Assembly (NCBI GenBank): GCA_051530055.1
Contig: CM121342.1
Span: 10,307,480 to 10,371,479, forward strand
Source of the DNA: Neoechinorhynchus agilis
Taxonomy: Eukaryota > Animalia > Acanthocephala
DNA length: 64,000 nt
Direction of reading: 5' to 3'
This document shows, in pieces, positions 11,800 through 24,799 of this stretch (within the stretch, counting starts at the first letter, position 1; every line of letters starts with the position of its first letter). A program made the translations under genes and the position numbers. The notes below the pieces were generated by a model that was not told the DNA's origin, did no database searches, and was given only the letters and a program-made list of their open reading frames with translations.

Positions 11800-13026
11800 C
11801 TTTTTCGGCGCATTTTTATATGCTCCATAAACCTTTATATCGTCAGAACTTAAGGGAGGAGCATTTTCATGGCAATCACACAAACGAACAATAATCCGGA
11901 CGAGATAAAGAATTTTCGAATATACACAGCGAATGATCTTAGACAGAAACTCCTAATTAGGTTTTTCGATGCCGTGGGTCGTCTTTTAAACGGAACAAAA
12001 GCGTGATCTGTTGTCAATAATATCCCTACTAAATATTGTAAATTTTTACGTATCTTTCACCGTTCCCTTAATTTTTCGTGAAATAAACGAAATCTTTATT
12101 ACTACCCATTTATGTTTCTGCATCGGCGCTTATTTGTTCCAATCTTTAAAGTAGAAAATTATAAAAATTTGCATTCCATGAACCGTGCTTCGAAGATCTT
12201 TTACTTGTTAACGCCCTTTAAAATATTAGGGATACCCAACCTATTTCTATTGGATCTTTTCTATTCTTTTCATTTCAAAGCAAAAAATACAGTAGGAATT
12301 ATTCGGAAGGACAGTGGTGATCCTTTTACTCGATTTTCTCTTTATATGAATCGATTTTTACGTTGCTGTATCTTTAAGCAAATGGAAAGAGTCACAACTT
12401 CCGTCGAATCTTATGCTTCTTAGTCAAATAAACGGGCCGAATCTTTGGTTTTGGCAAAAAAACCCAAATTTGCTTCTCACTTGTAATTTAAGTTGGTTTT
12501 ACGCGAAAGCCCATAGATTCCATTCTTAACGACTCCCTGGGTTTTAATTCACGGAGAACTTTGAATTTATCCGCAAACTCTGTGTTTTACTAAAGATTAC
12601 GCCTGGAGATTAGAATTCTGTTTCGTTATCTTTACGTGTTTCACCGGCTAACTCAAAATTTTAGTCCCGGATTATATCGAAAGCAAACACAAACGTTTAT
12701 TTTGTTTTAATGGGCGAATTAGTATGAGCGACTTTAGGCAAAGAGCACGGATTCTGTACGCGAAGGGAAATTCAATATTTTTTATCATTATAGCGAAGAA
12801 AATTGCGATCTTTTTTGAGCGGCATTTCAGCCAGACTTTTCACGGTATCTTTTTGATGAAAATCAAGTACACGATATGATTATATTTTTAACAAAAACGT
12901 TTTTTGCTCTACATTTCTATAAGGGTGGTTTGAAATGTATTTAGCCATACTAATTAAATCAATAGCTATGTTTGTACCTCCTTTTTTTACTGCAAAAAAA
13001 TTATGTTTGAAAATTGAACTGTTCAT

Positions 13027-13250
13027 ATTGGTTGTTTTATGGCGTAGAAATTAAAATGATTATAAATTAAAAAACTACCGATTGGTTTCGGCGAGGCACA
13101 ATCTTGTGAACGCCTTTATCAAAGGTGCGAATAAAACACTTAAACAACCTCGATCAAAAGGTGTTCACAATATTGTGCCTCTCGCCGAAACCAATCGGCA
13201 ATTTTTTAATTTATAATCATTTTAATTTCTACGCCATAAAACAACCAAAC
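13027..13250. mobile_element. Palindromic MITE (family B)
   Basis: ttggttgttttatggcgtagaaattaaaatgattataaattaaaa...gattggtttcggcgaggcacaat pairs with attgtgcctctcgccgaaaccaatc...ttttaatttataatcattttaatttctacgccataaaacaaccaa. Half copy at 16605-16720 and related copy at 34320-34440. Confidence 0.85.
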
Positions 13251-14145
13251 AAAATTATCCCGACACTAAAGTAGAGAATATTAAAAGCGAATCATTTCAA
13301 AGCACTTTAAGCCGCGTATTGAAAAAATTGAAATTTTAGACTTTTAGAACAAAGTGTTTTAAATGACATCTAAGATTTTGTCGCTAATGAGATTTGATCC
13401 ATTATCGGCGACATATTTTGTTATATAAAACATTTTCACCTCCAAGTATCTTGTCAATTTCGAAGCATTTGAACCCATATTGTTGTGTTGACTTGAAGAA
13501 GTTTACCATCGAATTCTAATGTACACATAATGTTATTTGAGACTAGAAAAGTAGGAAATGTAACTAATGCAATTATTAATGCGGGTTTTCGGTGAGTGCT
13601 TCGGCCTACGGCTGGATGTTTACCCAAATCCGTTTAAGACTATAGCCGACGTTCTGGATCGACTTGTCGCAATTGCTTTTCTTCTACTCATTATACTTCA
13701 CTTTTGTGTGCGTGTGTCGACTACTCAGCTTAATATGACAGTCTTATTGACAAAGGACACGAAGATGTACCCATCTAAAACGACCAATGTATATCTCCAA
13801 TGTTTGTACTATTGAGCTAACGATTTTAATCGGCTCACTGGTTATGAGTGCGATTTCATTACACACGCACATTTGGAGCCGCCAAGGGAAAAGCACGCAG
13901 CATAGCCCGGGTTTCTCATCATTTGTAACCAAACACAATTCCACTTGGCACTCACACTCTTAGTCGTAGACTCCGCTACCATGTGACACCATAGACGCTT
14001 GTGTTTAAATCAAACCCGTCTCTTTGGAAACCCACTCTCTTGCACACTTGCGGATGTTTCTATTAAACTACCACTTTTGATGCCAAGAAAAAGGTGACCT
14101 TTACCACCGAATGAATACGAAACGACACAATAAATCCTTCGGTTA

Positions 14146-16277
14146 ATGAACACGCCGTCTCTATTAACGACTCTTTTAGTGATCTTGTTCACAAGTAAGT
14201 CAAAAATGAAACACTTAAGTTAGATCGAAAGAGAAAAATGTACAGCTCCCCTCATTCACGGTATTCATATGAACCTTGAACAAAAACTTATTAAACAACT
14301 ACTGGAGGCTTATCCGACCAAATACGCACGACCAGTCGTTAATGCCGACAAGGTCATCAAAGTTAACATGAGCCTTCAAATTGTACAGTTATTACAGTTG
14401 GTAAGTTTTCACTTGTTCGAAAAAAACCAATGTGATCGAATTCTTCATTTGAGGATGGAAGGACGCAGACTTTACATACAAACGTTTGGTTCAATTTGGT
14501 TCGTGCGCTCTTATTAGACTATTTGAATTTGTGAGATTATACAGGAATGGTACGACGAATTTCTTCGTTGGGATCCTAAAAATTATCGCGACCTGGAAGC
14601 TGTTAGAGTACCGAGCAGTGAAATATGGATGCCAGATATCGTTTTACAAAACTAGTTAGTTCCCATAATTTTTGTTTTAGATTCCAAAACAAACCATAGT
14701 GCTGATGAACGAATAAACGACAAACGCGACCTAAGAGTGGTCGTATACTCAGATGGTTCAATCCTATACGTTCCATCAACTGTTCTTCAAAGCGTTTGCT
14801 ATGTTGATACTCTTTTGTTTCCCTATGACCAACACAAATGTGATCTCAATTTCCGCAGTTGGGTTTATGACACTAATAAACTGGATCTACATTTAAAGTT
14901 CAACAGCGTCGATATGACCGATTATACTACATCTAATGAATGGACAATCAAAGATGTTCCTGCTAAACGATCCTTCGTTACTGTAAATGAAGACAATAGA
15001 AACCAAACCTATGTAATGGTTACATACACAGTGATCATTCAACGAGCCGGAGGACTGTTCAAATACATTCTACTACTTCCATGTCTGCTACTATCGATTG
15101 GATCAACAGTCTTGTTTTGGATTCCTCCTGAAAATCCTTCAAAACTCATTCTTGGTCAGCGCATCGTTCTCAATTTTTGCTTTTTGTTGATTCCTCCCCT
15201 TTAGCTATGAACATCTTCACGAACTTCTTCGTCCTACTGCTCTTACTAGGAGAGACGCTTCCACAAGCTTCGAAAAATATGCCGAAAATTGGTATCTACT
15301 ATTGTTACAATATGATTTCAATGGTCGTAACTCTTATGGCTATGGCACTAGTGACTCACATATACGTGAGATCTGACCGACGTGGATATCCACCTCCTTT
15401 TGTTAGGAAGGTAAACACTGTGGTTTTTGAAATAATCATTTAGTACTCTTCGTTCTTAATTGAAATTACCACTTTCCGGTTTTCTTTGATAGTTATTTCC
15501 AGCGAAAGTTACAAATACCCAGACATTCTGCATACTTAATGCGTCTCGATTTTTGCACTTACATTCACTCCATTTCTCTAAGGTATTATTATTACCACTT
15601 CAGCATTTAATGCTTCTGTTGTTATTTAGTCTTAAAATCTTCGTCGTTTATAAATTTCTCACTTTTTGATATGATTTGTTAGCTCGACGAAGCAGATAAT
15701 TTTCTTAGTTTAAATAGGAACGTCATTTAAAAACGACGAATAGCTTTTATTAGAACTCTTACAAAAATGTTCAAATAAAGTTTCGAATAGCACTTTGTGC
15801 CGTCGTTGAATGTTGGCCACTTATGTTAACTGCAATCTTATTTAGTTATTCTTTGGTCCACTTGCGAGACTAACGTCCGTCAAGGCACCTACATCGTCGT
15901 CCAAAAATATGCAATCGGTATCCGAGGAACCTCTAAGTCCAACGGAAGGCATCTGTATGCGCCAAATCGAGTTAATCAAGGAACGATTCCGAAGTAAAAA
16001 TGAGAATCGCCACTCGGTTGCCCGATTCTCAACATTCTCGCATGAATTTCAGACAATCAAAAACGATCTGGATGAAATATGTGACTATCTTAGAAATGCC
16101 CAAAGGAAAGCGGAACGAATTGCTGAACGGAGCAAAATCGCACAAGAATGGAAAACAATTGCACTTATTCTGGATAGGATATTGTTTCTCGTGTACTTAA
16201 TTGCGTTCTCATTTTCGATGGTCGTTCTTTATCCTTATGACACAAATAGTAGACCAACACAAAGAATTCGAAATTAA
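14146..16277 (+). CDS. Nicotinic acetylcholine receptor-like Cys-loop subunit, non-alpha type (7 exons)
   Basis: Signal peptide exon 14146-14194. EWYDEFLRWDP and IWMPDIVL motifs, Cys-loop CYVDTLLFPYDQHKC, FRSWVYD, M1-M3 and M4 (EWKTIALILDRILF). No vicinal Cys in loop C. All six introns are GT-AG and in frame (last one 15410-15845). Confidence 0.95.
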
Positions 16278-17899
16278 TGAGCTTAAAATAATTTCCGGAC
16301 GTATGTGCGTGTTCGTGATTGCTTGTGAATTTCTTCTATTTCTCTTCATTAATATGAGCGTTTATAGACTATCATAAACAAATTCTGGGAAGTAAAATTC
16401 GCTACGACTAAGTACTGATTTACAAGGGAAATAGGATGTTTAAGCACAATAAAAATTTAGTTTCTATAGCCAGATCGAAGATAAGTGACTTAGGGTTCAT
16501 GATTGATCTAAAAATTGATTTATGCTCCGTTAAAGATATGCCAATATCGCCCTTTTTGCATGGCCATTTCCTAGTAAGCGTTTTGCTTGATTCGTCGGTA
16601 TATTCTATATGTTGGTTGTTTTATGGCGAAGAAATTAAAATGATTTTATTTTAACACTGCTGATTGGTTTCGAAGGCAATATCATGTACGCCTTTTGATC
16701 AAGGTTGCTTATAAGTTTTGACTTATATAGATTCGGATGATTTTGAATTAAATTTTAAATTTCGGTGAAGATGACCGCAAAACAATACGAAACGTTTTAT
16801 TTTTAGATAGGAGGATAGAGAATATAATCTGACCCATTTAGATTGTTTTTAAAAGAGGTTTTTTTTGCTCTTGTTTTGACATTTTATGTCAATAGGCAAT
16901 TAATTTTTTTGTATCCGTTGTGTATTACAACGGAGGCTGACCTGTGACCAGCGAGAGAATCTTTATATCAGTCACAATAGAAAAGAATATTACGGAAATG
17001 TTGGCTGTAAGGATTTTCAGCCGAAATCCTGGGCTTCCAAGAGGACCAAGGGATATAAAAGCGATTGTATATTCTAGATGAGAGACCTCAGGATGTAAAA
17101 CTGAGCTGCTGAAGACGTTCCTCTGTTGTTACATTCATAAAAGTGTACATATCAGTGCATTGCATGAGAGGAGGAGACGAGAGGAGGGAAGAGGGGACAA
17201 CATTATGTATTTTTCTGCTGTTACGCAGCAGAAAAAGGTACACTTTATGATTCCTCTTGTTTCCTCTAACCTAGGATTGGGAAAAGAACGTGCTATACAC
17301 CACGGGAATTCTGATTAATGTCCAGGTAAAAGGATCGTTTTTCCTTCCTGGAAATAGCAAAAATGCATGACTCTCTTAAGAGAGTTCAGAGAAGATTGTA
17401 CCTTTTGTGGACTTGTTTGGTGCGATCTTCTTAATGACCAAAAGGGCAGCTATTGATGAAACAGACGATAAGACTTTTGACGGTACTCTCTTCAAAAACT
17501 TAGACCTCTGTTTAAATAAACTCTTGACATTTGCAGGCTCATCAATAAACTACACAAACGTTCTTGATCTGTTTCATCACCGCTGGGTTCGTATAGACTC
17601 GAAAATGAGGATTAAGGAGTCGTCAAAGTCAATGAGCTGGATTCGATCTCATGATTCGCTTCTTATGGATACCAATCATCTTAGTGATCTCTTCCACCCA
17701 CAAGATCGATGCCGATGTAGTCGATTAACAACTCTTGAATCACGTATGTGAATGTTTTTGATTTACGGGTATTTATATAACGAAGAAAAAATAGGAAGTC
17801 AACGCATCTATTTGAGAACGCTGACCAAACAAAAGTCAATTTATTCTGAACAAATCAATGAGTGGCAAATCTGTGAAGTATACAAAGTATCTATAGATG

Positions 17900-19080
17900 G
17901 TAATTTTTTAGCATTAAAAATTAAAAAATTTCAATTTTTTTATCTCATATAAGAATTTTTCGTTTTTAAATATTAGTCTTGTTTTAAGCGTTATCTAGTT
18001 TCTATGGAGATTCTTTAAAGTCAAATAAACAAATTGGCAAAAAGCTTCAATTTTTAGCCTTGAAAATTAGAAAATTTCAATTTTTTGTCTTATTTAAGAA
18101 TTTTTCGTTTTTAAATATTACATTATTGTTTTAAGCGTTATCTGGTTTCTATGGAGATTCTTTAAATTCAAATAAACAAATTGGCAAAAAGCTTCAATTT
18201 TTAGCCTTGAAAATTAGAAAATTTCAATTTTTTTGTCTTATTTAAGAATTTTTCGTTTTTAAATATTACATTATTGTTTTAAGCGTTATCTGGTTTCTAT
18301 GGAGATTCTTTAAATTCAAATAAACAAATTGGCAAAAAGCTTCAATTTTTAGCCTTGAAAATTAGAAAATTTCAATTTTTTTGTCTTATTTAAGAATTTT
18401 TCGTTTTTAAATATTACATTATTGTTTTAAGCGTTATCTGGTTTCTATGGAGATTCTTTAAATTCAAATAAACAAATTGGCAAAAAGCTTCAATTTTTAG
18501 CCTTGAAAATTAGAAAATTTCAATTTTTTTGTCTTATTTAAGAATTTTTCGTTTTTAAATATTACATTATTGTTTTAAGCGTTATCTGGTTTCTATGGAG
18601 ATTCTTTAAATTCAAATAAACAAATTGGCAAAAAGCTTCAATTTTTAGCCTTGAAAATTAGAAAATTTCAATTTTTTTGTCTTATTTAAGAATTTTTCGT
18701 TTTTAAATATTACATTATTGTTTTAAGCGTTATCTGGTTTCTATGGAGATTCTTTAAATTCAAATAAACAAATTGGCAAAAGCTTCAATTTTTTAGCATT
18801 GAAAATTAGAAAATTTCAATTTTTTCGTTTTATACAAGAATTTTTCGTTTTTAGATATTACATTATTGTTTTAAGCGTTATCTGGTTTCTATGGAGATTC
18901 TCTAAATTCAAATAAACAAATTGACAAAATGCTTCAATTTTTTAGCATTGAAAATTAGAAAATTTCAATTTTTTTATCCTATATAAGAATTTTTCGTTTT
19001 TAAATATTACAGTATTGTTTTAAGCGTTATCTGGTTTCTATGGAGATTCTTTAAATTCAAATAAACAAATTGACTAAATG
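17900..19080. repeat. AT-rich tandem satellite, ~148-bp unit, about 8 copies
   Basis: aagaatttttcgtttttaaatattac recurs at 17951, 18096, 18244, 18392, 18540, 18688, 18836 and 18985. Central copies are nearly identical and outer copies diverged. Confidence 0.97.
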
Positions 19081-19839
19081 CTGCTATAATGGCAATCGTT
19101 TTTACCCACTAAAAGCAATGGATTTGATAGAATCACCAAAGAAGTTTTCAGCGTATAATTTTAGCAAGAATAAAATAAAGTATCCGTGATGTACTGTCAT
19201 CATAAATTTAATCGGTATAATTTTTGGGGTGCATTTGTTGTAACTAACGATATTCAGAACGAAATATAAATGTCAATAAAATAATACATTTGCATTTGAG
19301 TCGACTTTTAAGTAGCAACTAGAAGAGTCGCAATTTTCCATGCTTTCACCCTTAATTCTGTGCTTTGAAGGATATTTGACACGCTTAGCTCGTATAATTT
19401 TTTGAAGTTTTCGTACTGTATTTTGCATTTTTTTTAGGAAAAAGCATTGAGTAGGATGTTAAAAAAGTGTAGTAAATGGACTCGTAACGTAAATGGCCAA
19501 GTTCTTAGTGTCCTTTGGTAAGGGCAAATGTTACCAGCGAAACGTGATTACTCACTGAGTTTATGTAACAATGAGGGAGCTCTAAAATGTTTTTTGTCGG
19601 CAATTGTATTTTTGTTTTGAAAACCCGGTGACTTTGGGCGGTTCATGTGCTAGTATAAAAAGGCTCGTTTTCGATCATAATGATCATTTCACATTGCAGC
19701 CAACAACAAACGAAACGTCGGCCAGGTAAACCGTCATTTCTCATTGGTTTGAGAGTGCGTTCTTGTGAGTGAGGAACTTTTGTTTTCCGCCGTCATTGTG
19801 GGGGCGAAGTTTGCTGAATGCTTTTAACAATTTCGTAAA

Positions 19840-20901
19840 ATGCTGATAGTCTCGCCCACTCACCACATTTCCGCAGATTTAACGTGCCATGGTGACAACT
19901 TTGTTGTAATGGAGCCAATGGAGCCGACTTTCGCCGAAGCATTATTGTCTATTGACGAAGAACTTCACTTCCAAATCAATGTAGATATGGGTATTGATAT
20001 GGCATCGTGCAGGTATCTCAAATTTAATCATTCTTATAATCTAAATCGATCTATTTTTCTGTTTAAGTACAGCTTGCCATTTGGCGTTATTGCCGTCAGA
20101 GGTGTGCCGGATGCACTTTAGCGAACTTGTTAAAACCGAGAACATATTCAAATGCTTTTATTGGTTTCATAAAGGTGTTGTTTTAGATTTATGTCTTTTT
20201 ACAATCATTTTCTCGGTTTAGTCCTCAGGGAAGGCAGTTGGACGGAGTTCTTGACCTTCAACAACTCTCCTTTTCGTTCTTACGAAATGACCGGGTTTTT
20301 GGCTCGGAAACCAAACGGTGAGTATTTGATATATGCAGTTGGGCAGCGCCGGGACGAGTACAATTCCGATTCGGATTCTTTGACTGATATGCGATGGGAT
20401 TTGACGTTCAATACGCAAAGTCTCCCTACAGCGTTTACTCAATTCCGATTTGATTGCGTTGATCTTAGAAACATCCGTGTCATACCTCATCATATTTCAA
20501 GTAAATATATTAAAGTAAACGAATTTGATGGACAGTGTATTCAAAGTGTTAGACAGATTACGCGGCGGGCCATGTCAAAAGATAATCCTGATCAATTGAG
20601 TACAATGTTAAGGAATCTTCTTGAGATCAACGTTCAATCCAATGATGTTGATAACAGTAGCCTTAATCAAAGCGATGCGACCTTTGCCGAATTGTTCGGC
20701 GAAATAACCACAGTGGACGATGTTCACGAACATCGTTCAAATAATCATCCATTCGATGAAGAACATGATGATCAATTAACAAAACGTCCAAAGTTGCATC
20801 TAACTCATCTAAATGATAACTTAGAGGATAAGATTCAAAAACATGGATTATCACCTTGTACAGACGCCGATTTCTTTGGTTTTGATCACAGTTTGTTATG
20901 A
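19840..20901 (+). CDS. Hypothetical protein, 3 predicted exons, no recognised family
   Basis: Two ORFs joined in frame by 46-55 nt GT-AG introns (about 20014-20068 and 20176-20221). GC content higher than the flanks. Start codon uncertain. Confidence 0.55.
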
Positions 20902-22122
20902 ACTCTGACCGTAATGTATGTTTTGAACATAAATGGTGTTTACAAAAAGTTACTTTGACGGTTTAACAACGAAATCCTAAAATGTGAAAATTAACACTTA
21001 AATATCCTTTTAAGATTCACAAATTTATTTTCGAGAACATTGACAACGTCGCCTATACTTATTTGAAATTCGATTAAAACAAAACAAGAAGATAAATTTT
21101 GTAAACTAAAAGTAGTTTGTTCAATTTGAAAGCATATCTCATAATTCATAAATTCAATCTGTCATTAAGAATTAACTCTTTCGATGCAGAAAATTAAGTA
21201 ATTTATTTAATCGAAGAATCACAGACATTTTGTTTGATAGAATTGCTCAACAAACTCACGGAGCGGAAAACAATGCGAAAAATCCAAACGTAACTTTTTC
21301 GAAAGCATTGAAATCATCCATAACACGGACAAGTAAGTTTTTACTTAGAGATGTGTTGCGACCTATGGAAGGCAGGGATCCTTAAATCTGCAGTAAAGAA
21401 AATGGACCATATGAAATCGGAAATTTATAAACTGAATTATTTAAGACTAGAACATGTTTTTAAAGGCATAAGTGTTGAATTCTTTAATGTTTACTGGCAA
21501 GCTGGTTCTTTTGATTAAGTGTTTTTAGAACTCCCTTCTTCGTGGTTGGCTGTATGCCTAAAAAGGGCAAAATAAGCCGAATAAGGGATGTTCTAAAAAC
21601 ACTGAATTGATAGTTTCTCTATATCAAAACTTTGCGGTATTTAGCCACAGCGAGAGTACGGAGAACGGGTGCCCCAATACTAATATACGAGTTGTCATTT
21701 TACAATCTTTTATGTTCAATTTAGACACAGGAGATTAACACGCAAAATATATTTTCAAAATCATTTATAAATTTTACATCCCTTATAAACGAATTTTAGC
21801 AGCTACTAAGCTTTTGAAGTGTCCATCGATCAATCCTTTAGGGGAAAACTGGTCTGGTATAAATATTGACCTGCTTTTTTTTGAATGGAGGTTCATAAAA
21901 AAATATTGAACTATTCATTAAAAGAATATTCCCCTTTAAAACAAACCGAACAAAAATATTTAAGAGTTGATTTTTGTAATATGGCCATAGCTTTTTCATC
22001 TTAGAAAATTGAAAGATTTATAACTGCGAATGAACAGCAGCGATATCAAATTGGACCTAAAAACAAATATCTACGGTCGATATAGTCAATTTATTCCTTA
22101 TAAAATCACAATCCCTTTTGCT

Positions 22123-22941
22123 TTACATCAGAGCAGTAACATTCTTCGACTTTCGTCCGGACAAATATCCAATCACCGATCCCAGGATTGCGCCAAAGAG
22201 CACATCATGCGGGAAATGTTTGTTATCGATTATCCTTGTAGCTGATACATAGAACGCAATCGCCATAAATCCGATCACAAGAAAGTAAGCCAAAGACTTT
22301 GTATGATCCCAAATCCAATTCATTTGAATAATGGCAGCAGTAAAAATCATCGAAAAAAACGTCGAAGCAGCATGATTTGACGGAAAAGACTTTCTAACTT
22401 CACTGAGAGCATAATTATCTAGATGGTTGGAGTTTATGCATTCGTATTCGGTCACATATTGACAACTTCCATTGTAAAGTTTACCATTGTAGTTAGGAGT
22501 GCAAGCTTCCCAGAAATACGGTCGCAATTCACCAGCGGTTTTCTTGAGTATCTCAGTGATAACGCAAAGACCTGCGATTCCAAAGATGAAATGATACAAT
22601 TGTTCATATAGCAAAAGCCAAACTGCGTCAATGCGGACAGTTCTTGACATGAATTGAAACGTTTGAGTCCTTGATGATTCCAACGATTTTCTAGCCTTGA
22701 ATAAATGAAAGCAATTTATACCCAGACAAGTAAATAATGGTACAACAACTGATATTATAAAGTCAAGCCACACCGGAACCCTGGAAGCTCTATAAGGTAA
22801 TCTGAGACCTTTATCACAAGTGTCAAATCCTTGGTGAGTGTACGGGGCACCATAGTAAACACCCGCCCAAGTGGCCCCAGCTATAGACAACGATGCTAGA
22901 TCAACACCCAATTTCCTCTTGCTTATCGCAAAATAGTCCAT
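22123..22941 (-). CDS. PAP2-family lipid phosphate phosphatase (PLPP/wunen-like), intronless
   Basis: Catalytic motifs C1 KKTAGELRPYF, C2 SFPSNHA and C3 TRIIDNKHFPHDV, six hydrophobic segments, and N-terminal GFDTCDKGLRLPY. Confidence 0.92.
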   Translation of the reverse strand: MDYFAISKRKLGVDLASLSIAGATWAGVYYGAPYTHQGFDTCDKGLRLPYRASRVPVWLDFIISVVVPLFTCLGINCFHLFKARKSLESSRTQTFQFMSRTVRIDAVWLLLYEQLYHFIFGIAGLCVITEILKKTAGELRPYFWEACTPNYNGKLYNGSCQYVTEYECINSNHLDNYALSEVRKSFPSNHAASTFFSMIFTAAIIQMNWIWDHTKSLAYFLVIGFMAIAFYVSATRIIDNKHFPHDVLFGAILGSVIGYLSGRKSKNVTALM

Positions 22942-23726
22942 ATTTAAGTAATCTCGCCTTATCCAAGGAATACTATCTAAAAAGTTAGGAAATCCGTTAA
23001 GTTTTTCTCGACGAGAGTATGTGAATCAATATAGATTTCGGGTTAACAATAATGATTTGATAATTAAAGATGATCTGAATAAAAAAATCATCAGAAATCC
23101 AAAAAACAAATCTAATAACTTCATCGTGATATTCAAACCGATAGAATGATTGATGGATCAGATCGCAACTGACACTATGATTTAAAAATTTGATTTGTGT
23201 GCCAAGCTAAACATTTGATTACTCCAAGGACCTCATGAATAGTGTATGCGCTCCATAATTTAGGGTCTACAATACTCTTAGCTAAGCTATATTTTTATTT
23301 TGTGCTCCTTCTCTTCGGAGTTTTGTTAAAACTGAAAAATTTCTAGTTGATCGAAAATGATATTAGTTACGTGAAAAGCGTTCTCAAAAATTGGTTGTCA
23401 AGCTAAACATACATTGAGGCAAAAACTAAGTGTTTTCTTAACTACGTAAAAAATGATCTCTTTAAATATGTTTCGTTTGAACAAGAAGCCGAATCTACTC
23501 GATATAAACGGCATTGGTAAAAGCGTATTTGCAACAATACTTAATAACTTTACGAACAGCGGGTCGCTTCGTGCTAATGAGCGTAAAAGGCATTCGCAAA
23601 CACATCGCTTTACTCGGAACGACAATAACATTGCTGGGCTTTTGTGGGAGATGAGTGAATGGACTATTTTTTAAATCGTCTTTGGGATTCAATAGTTACT
23701 GGTATGTTGAAAAGATAATTCATTGT

Positions 23727-23937
23727 TATTTGTCGATAGGAGAAAATAAATGAAATTAAGATTCTATTGGATATTTCGATCCACTATCTCGGATCTTCTT
23801 CAGCGAATGTTTCGCAAGTTTGTCACAGGACGCTGAAGTGACAAACTTTCGAAACAATCGCAGAAGAAGATCCGAGATAGTGGATCGAAATATCCAATAA
23901 AATCTTAATTTCATTTATTTTCTCCTATCGACAAATA
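23727..23937. repeat. Near-perfect 211-bp palindrome
   Basis: tatttgtcgataggagaaaataaatgaaattaagatt...ggatcttct...tttgtcac pairs with gtgacaaac...agaagatccgagatagtggatcg...ttttctcctatcgacaaata. Confidence 0.92.
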
Positions 23938-24799
23938 GTTACTGGTATTTGTAAAGAAGTTGTTCACGGATGTATTTTGTCTTGTGATATAGTTACGGTG
24001 AAATAAAGAAAAATGATTTTATTTTAATTGAATGTTTAGTCTTCTACGTGGGACTTCTTCAGGATGGTTAGTGTTTTACCCACATTGAGGCCGAGATATT
24101 AATAAAATTAAAAAATTTTTCTTTATTTCGCCTGAACAAAAACCATCCATGGATAATATCTGTATTTTCTTTATGATAGTTCCGTGCAATTAACTTACTA
24201 GCTAAGAGGACAAAAGTGCAACCTGATTCAAAAATACTCGAAATATCGAATTACACATTGGATCTAGTGCTTTAATTTGTAAATGTTGAACCGGTTTATT
24301 TGCAAACAATATAGAACACTGAAGTGTACGAGAAATATCAAAACGGTATGATCTTTGTATTATTTAGAAATTTTACTCGCGTTAGTTTTTCATTCACTTG
24401 GCACCTTCGTAATTATATCAAAATAAGATTCACTTTGATATATGATGTACAGCAATTGAAACAAATTTATCTCTGTAACAATTGAACTTCTCCTGTGAAT
24501 ATCACTTTTATGAATTAAGTAACTTGCATGTGAGTTCTGTGATCAGTTTTAACAATATATTTTATTGTTTTGAAGTTACATTGGCTCAATATTCTTATGA
24601 AGCAAGCAATTTAGGAATGAGCAACCCTCGATAATTCGCAATGTCAATAATAGCACCAGAACTCAATTGTACACTATCCTTTTTATTTCGTTCAATTAAA
24701 CGCAGTTAAAATCGTTTAAAATGACTTTTTAATTTTCAAAGCATCCCAGAATATCAGACAATATTTTACTTAAACACGTTTTCATTCAACCTTAACCCT

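Noticed and set aside
8614-15845. Other long introns (PSMD3 8614-9082, nAChR 15410-15845; also PLRG1 ~1 kb and BARD1 intron 1) as members of the TA-element class
   Set aside because: They have good GT-AG ends that give the expected protein, and no terminal inverted repeats were seen.
17407-17751. 114-aa ORF before the 148-bp satellite
   Set aside because: TTG start, no recognisable motif and no supportable exon structure.
6771-19080. CRISPR-like interpretation of the two repeat arrays
   Set aside because: Units are contiguous near-identical monomers without unique spacers, in a eukaryotic context with no cas genes.
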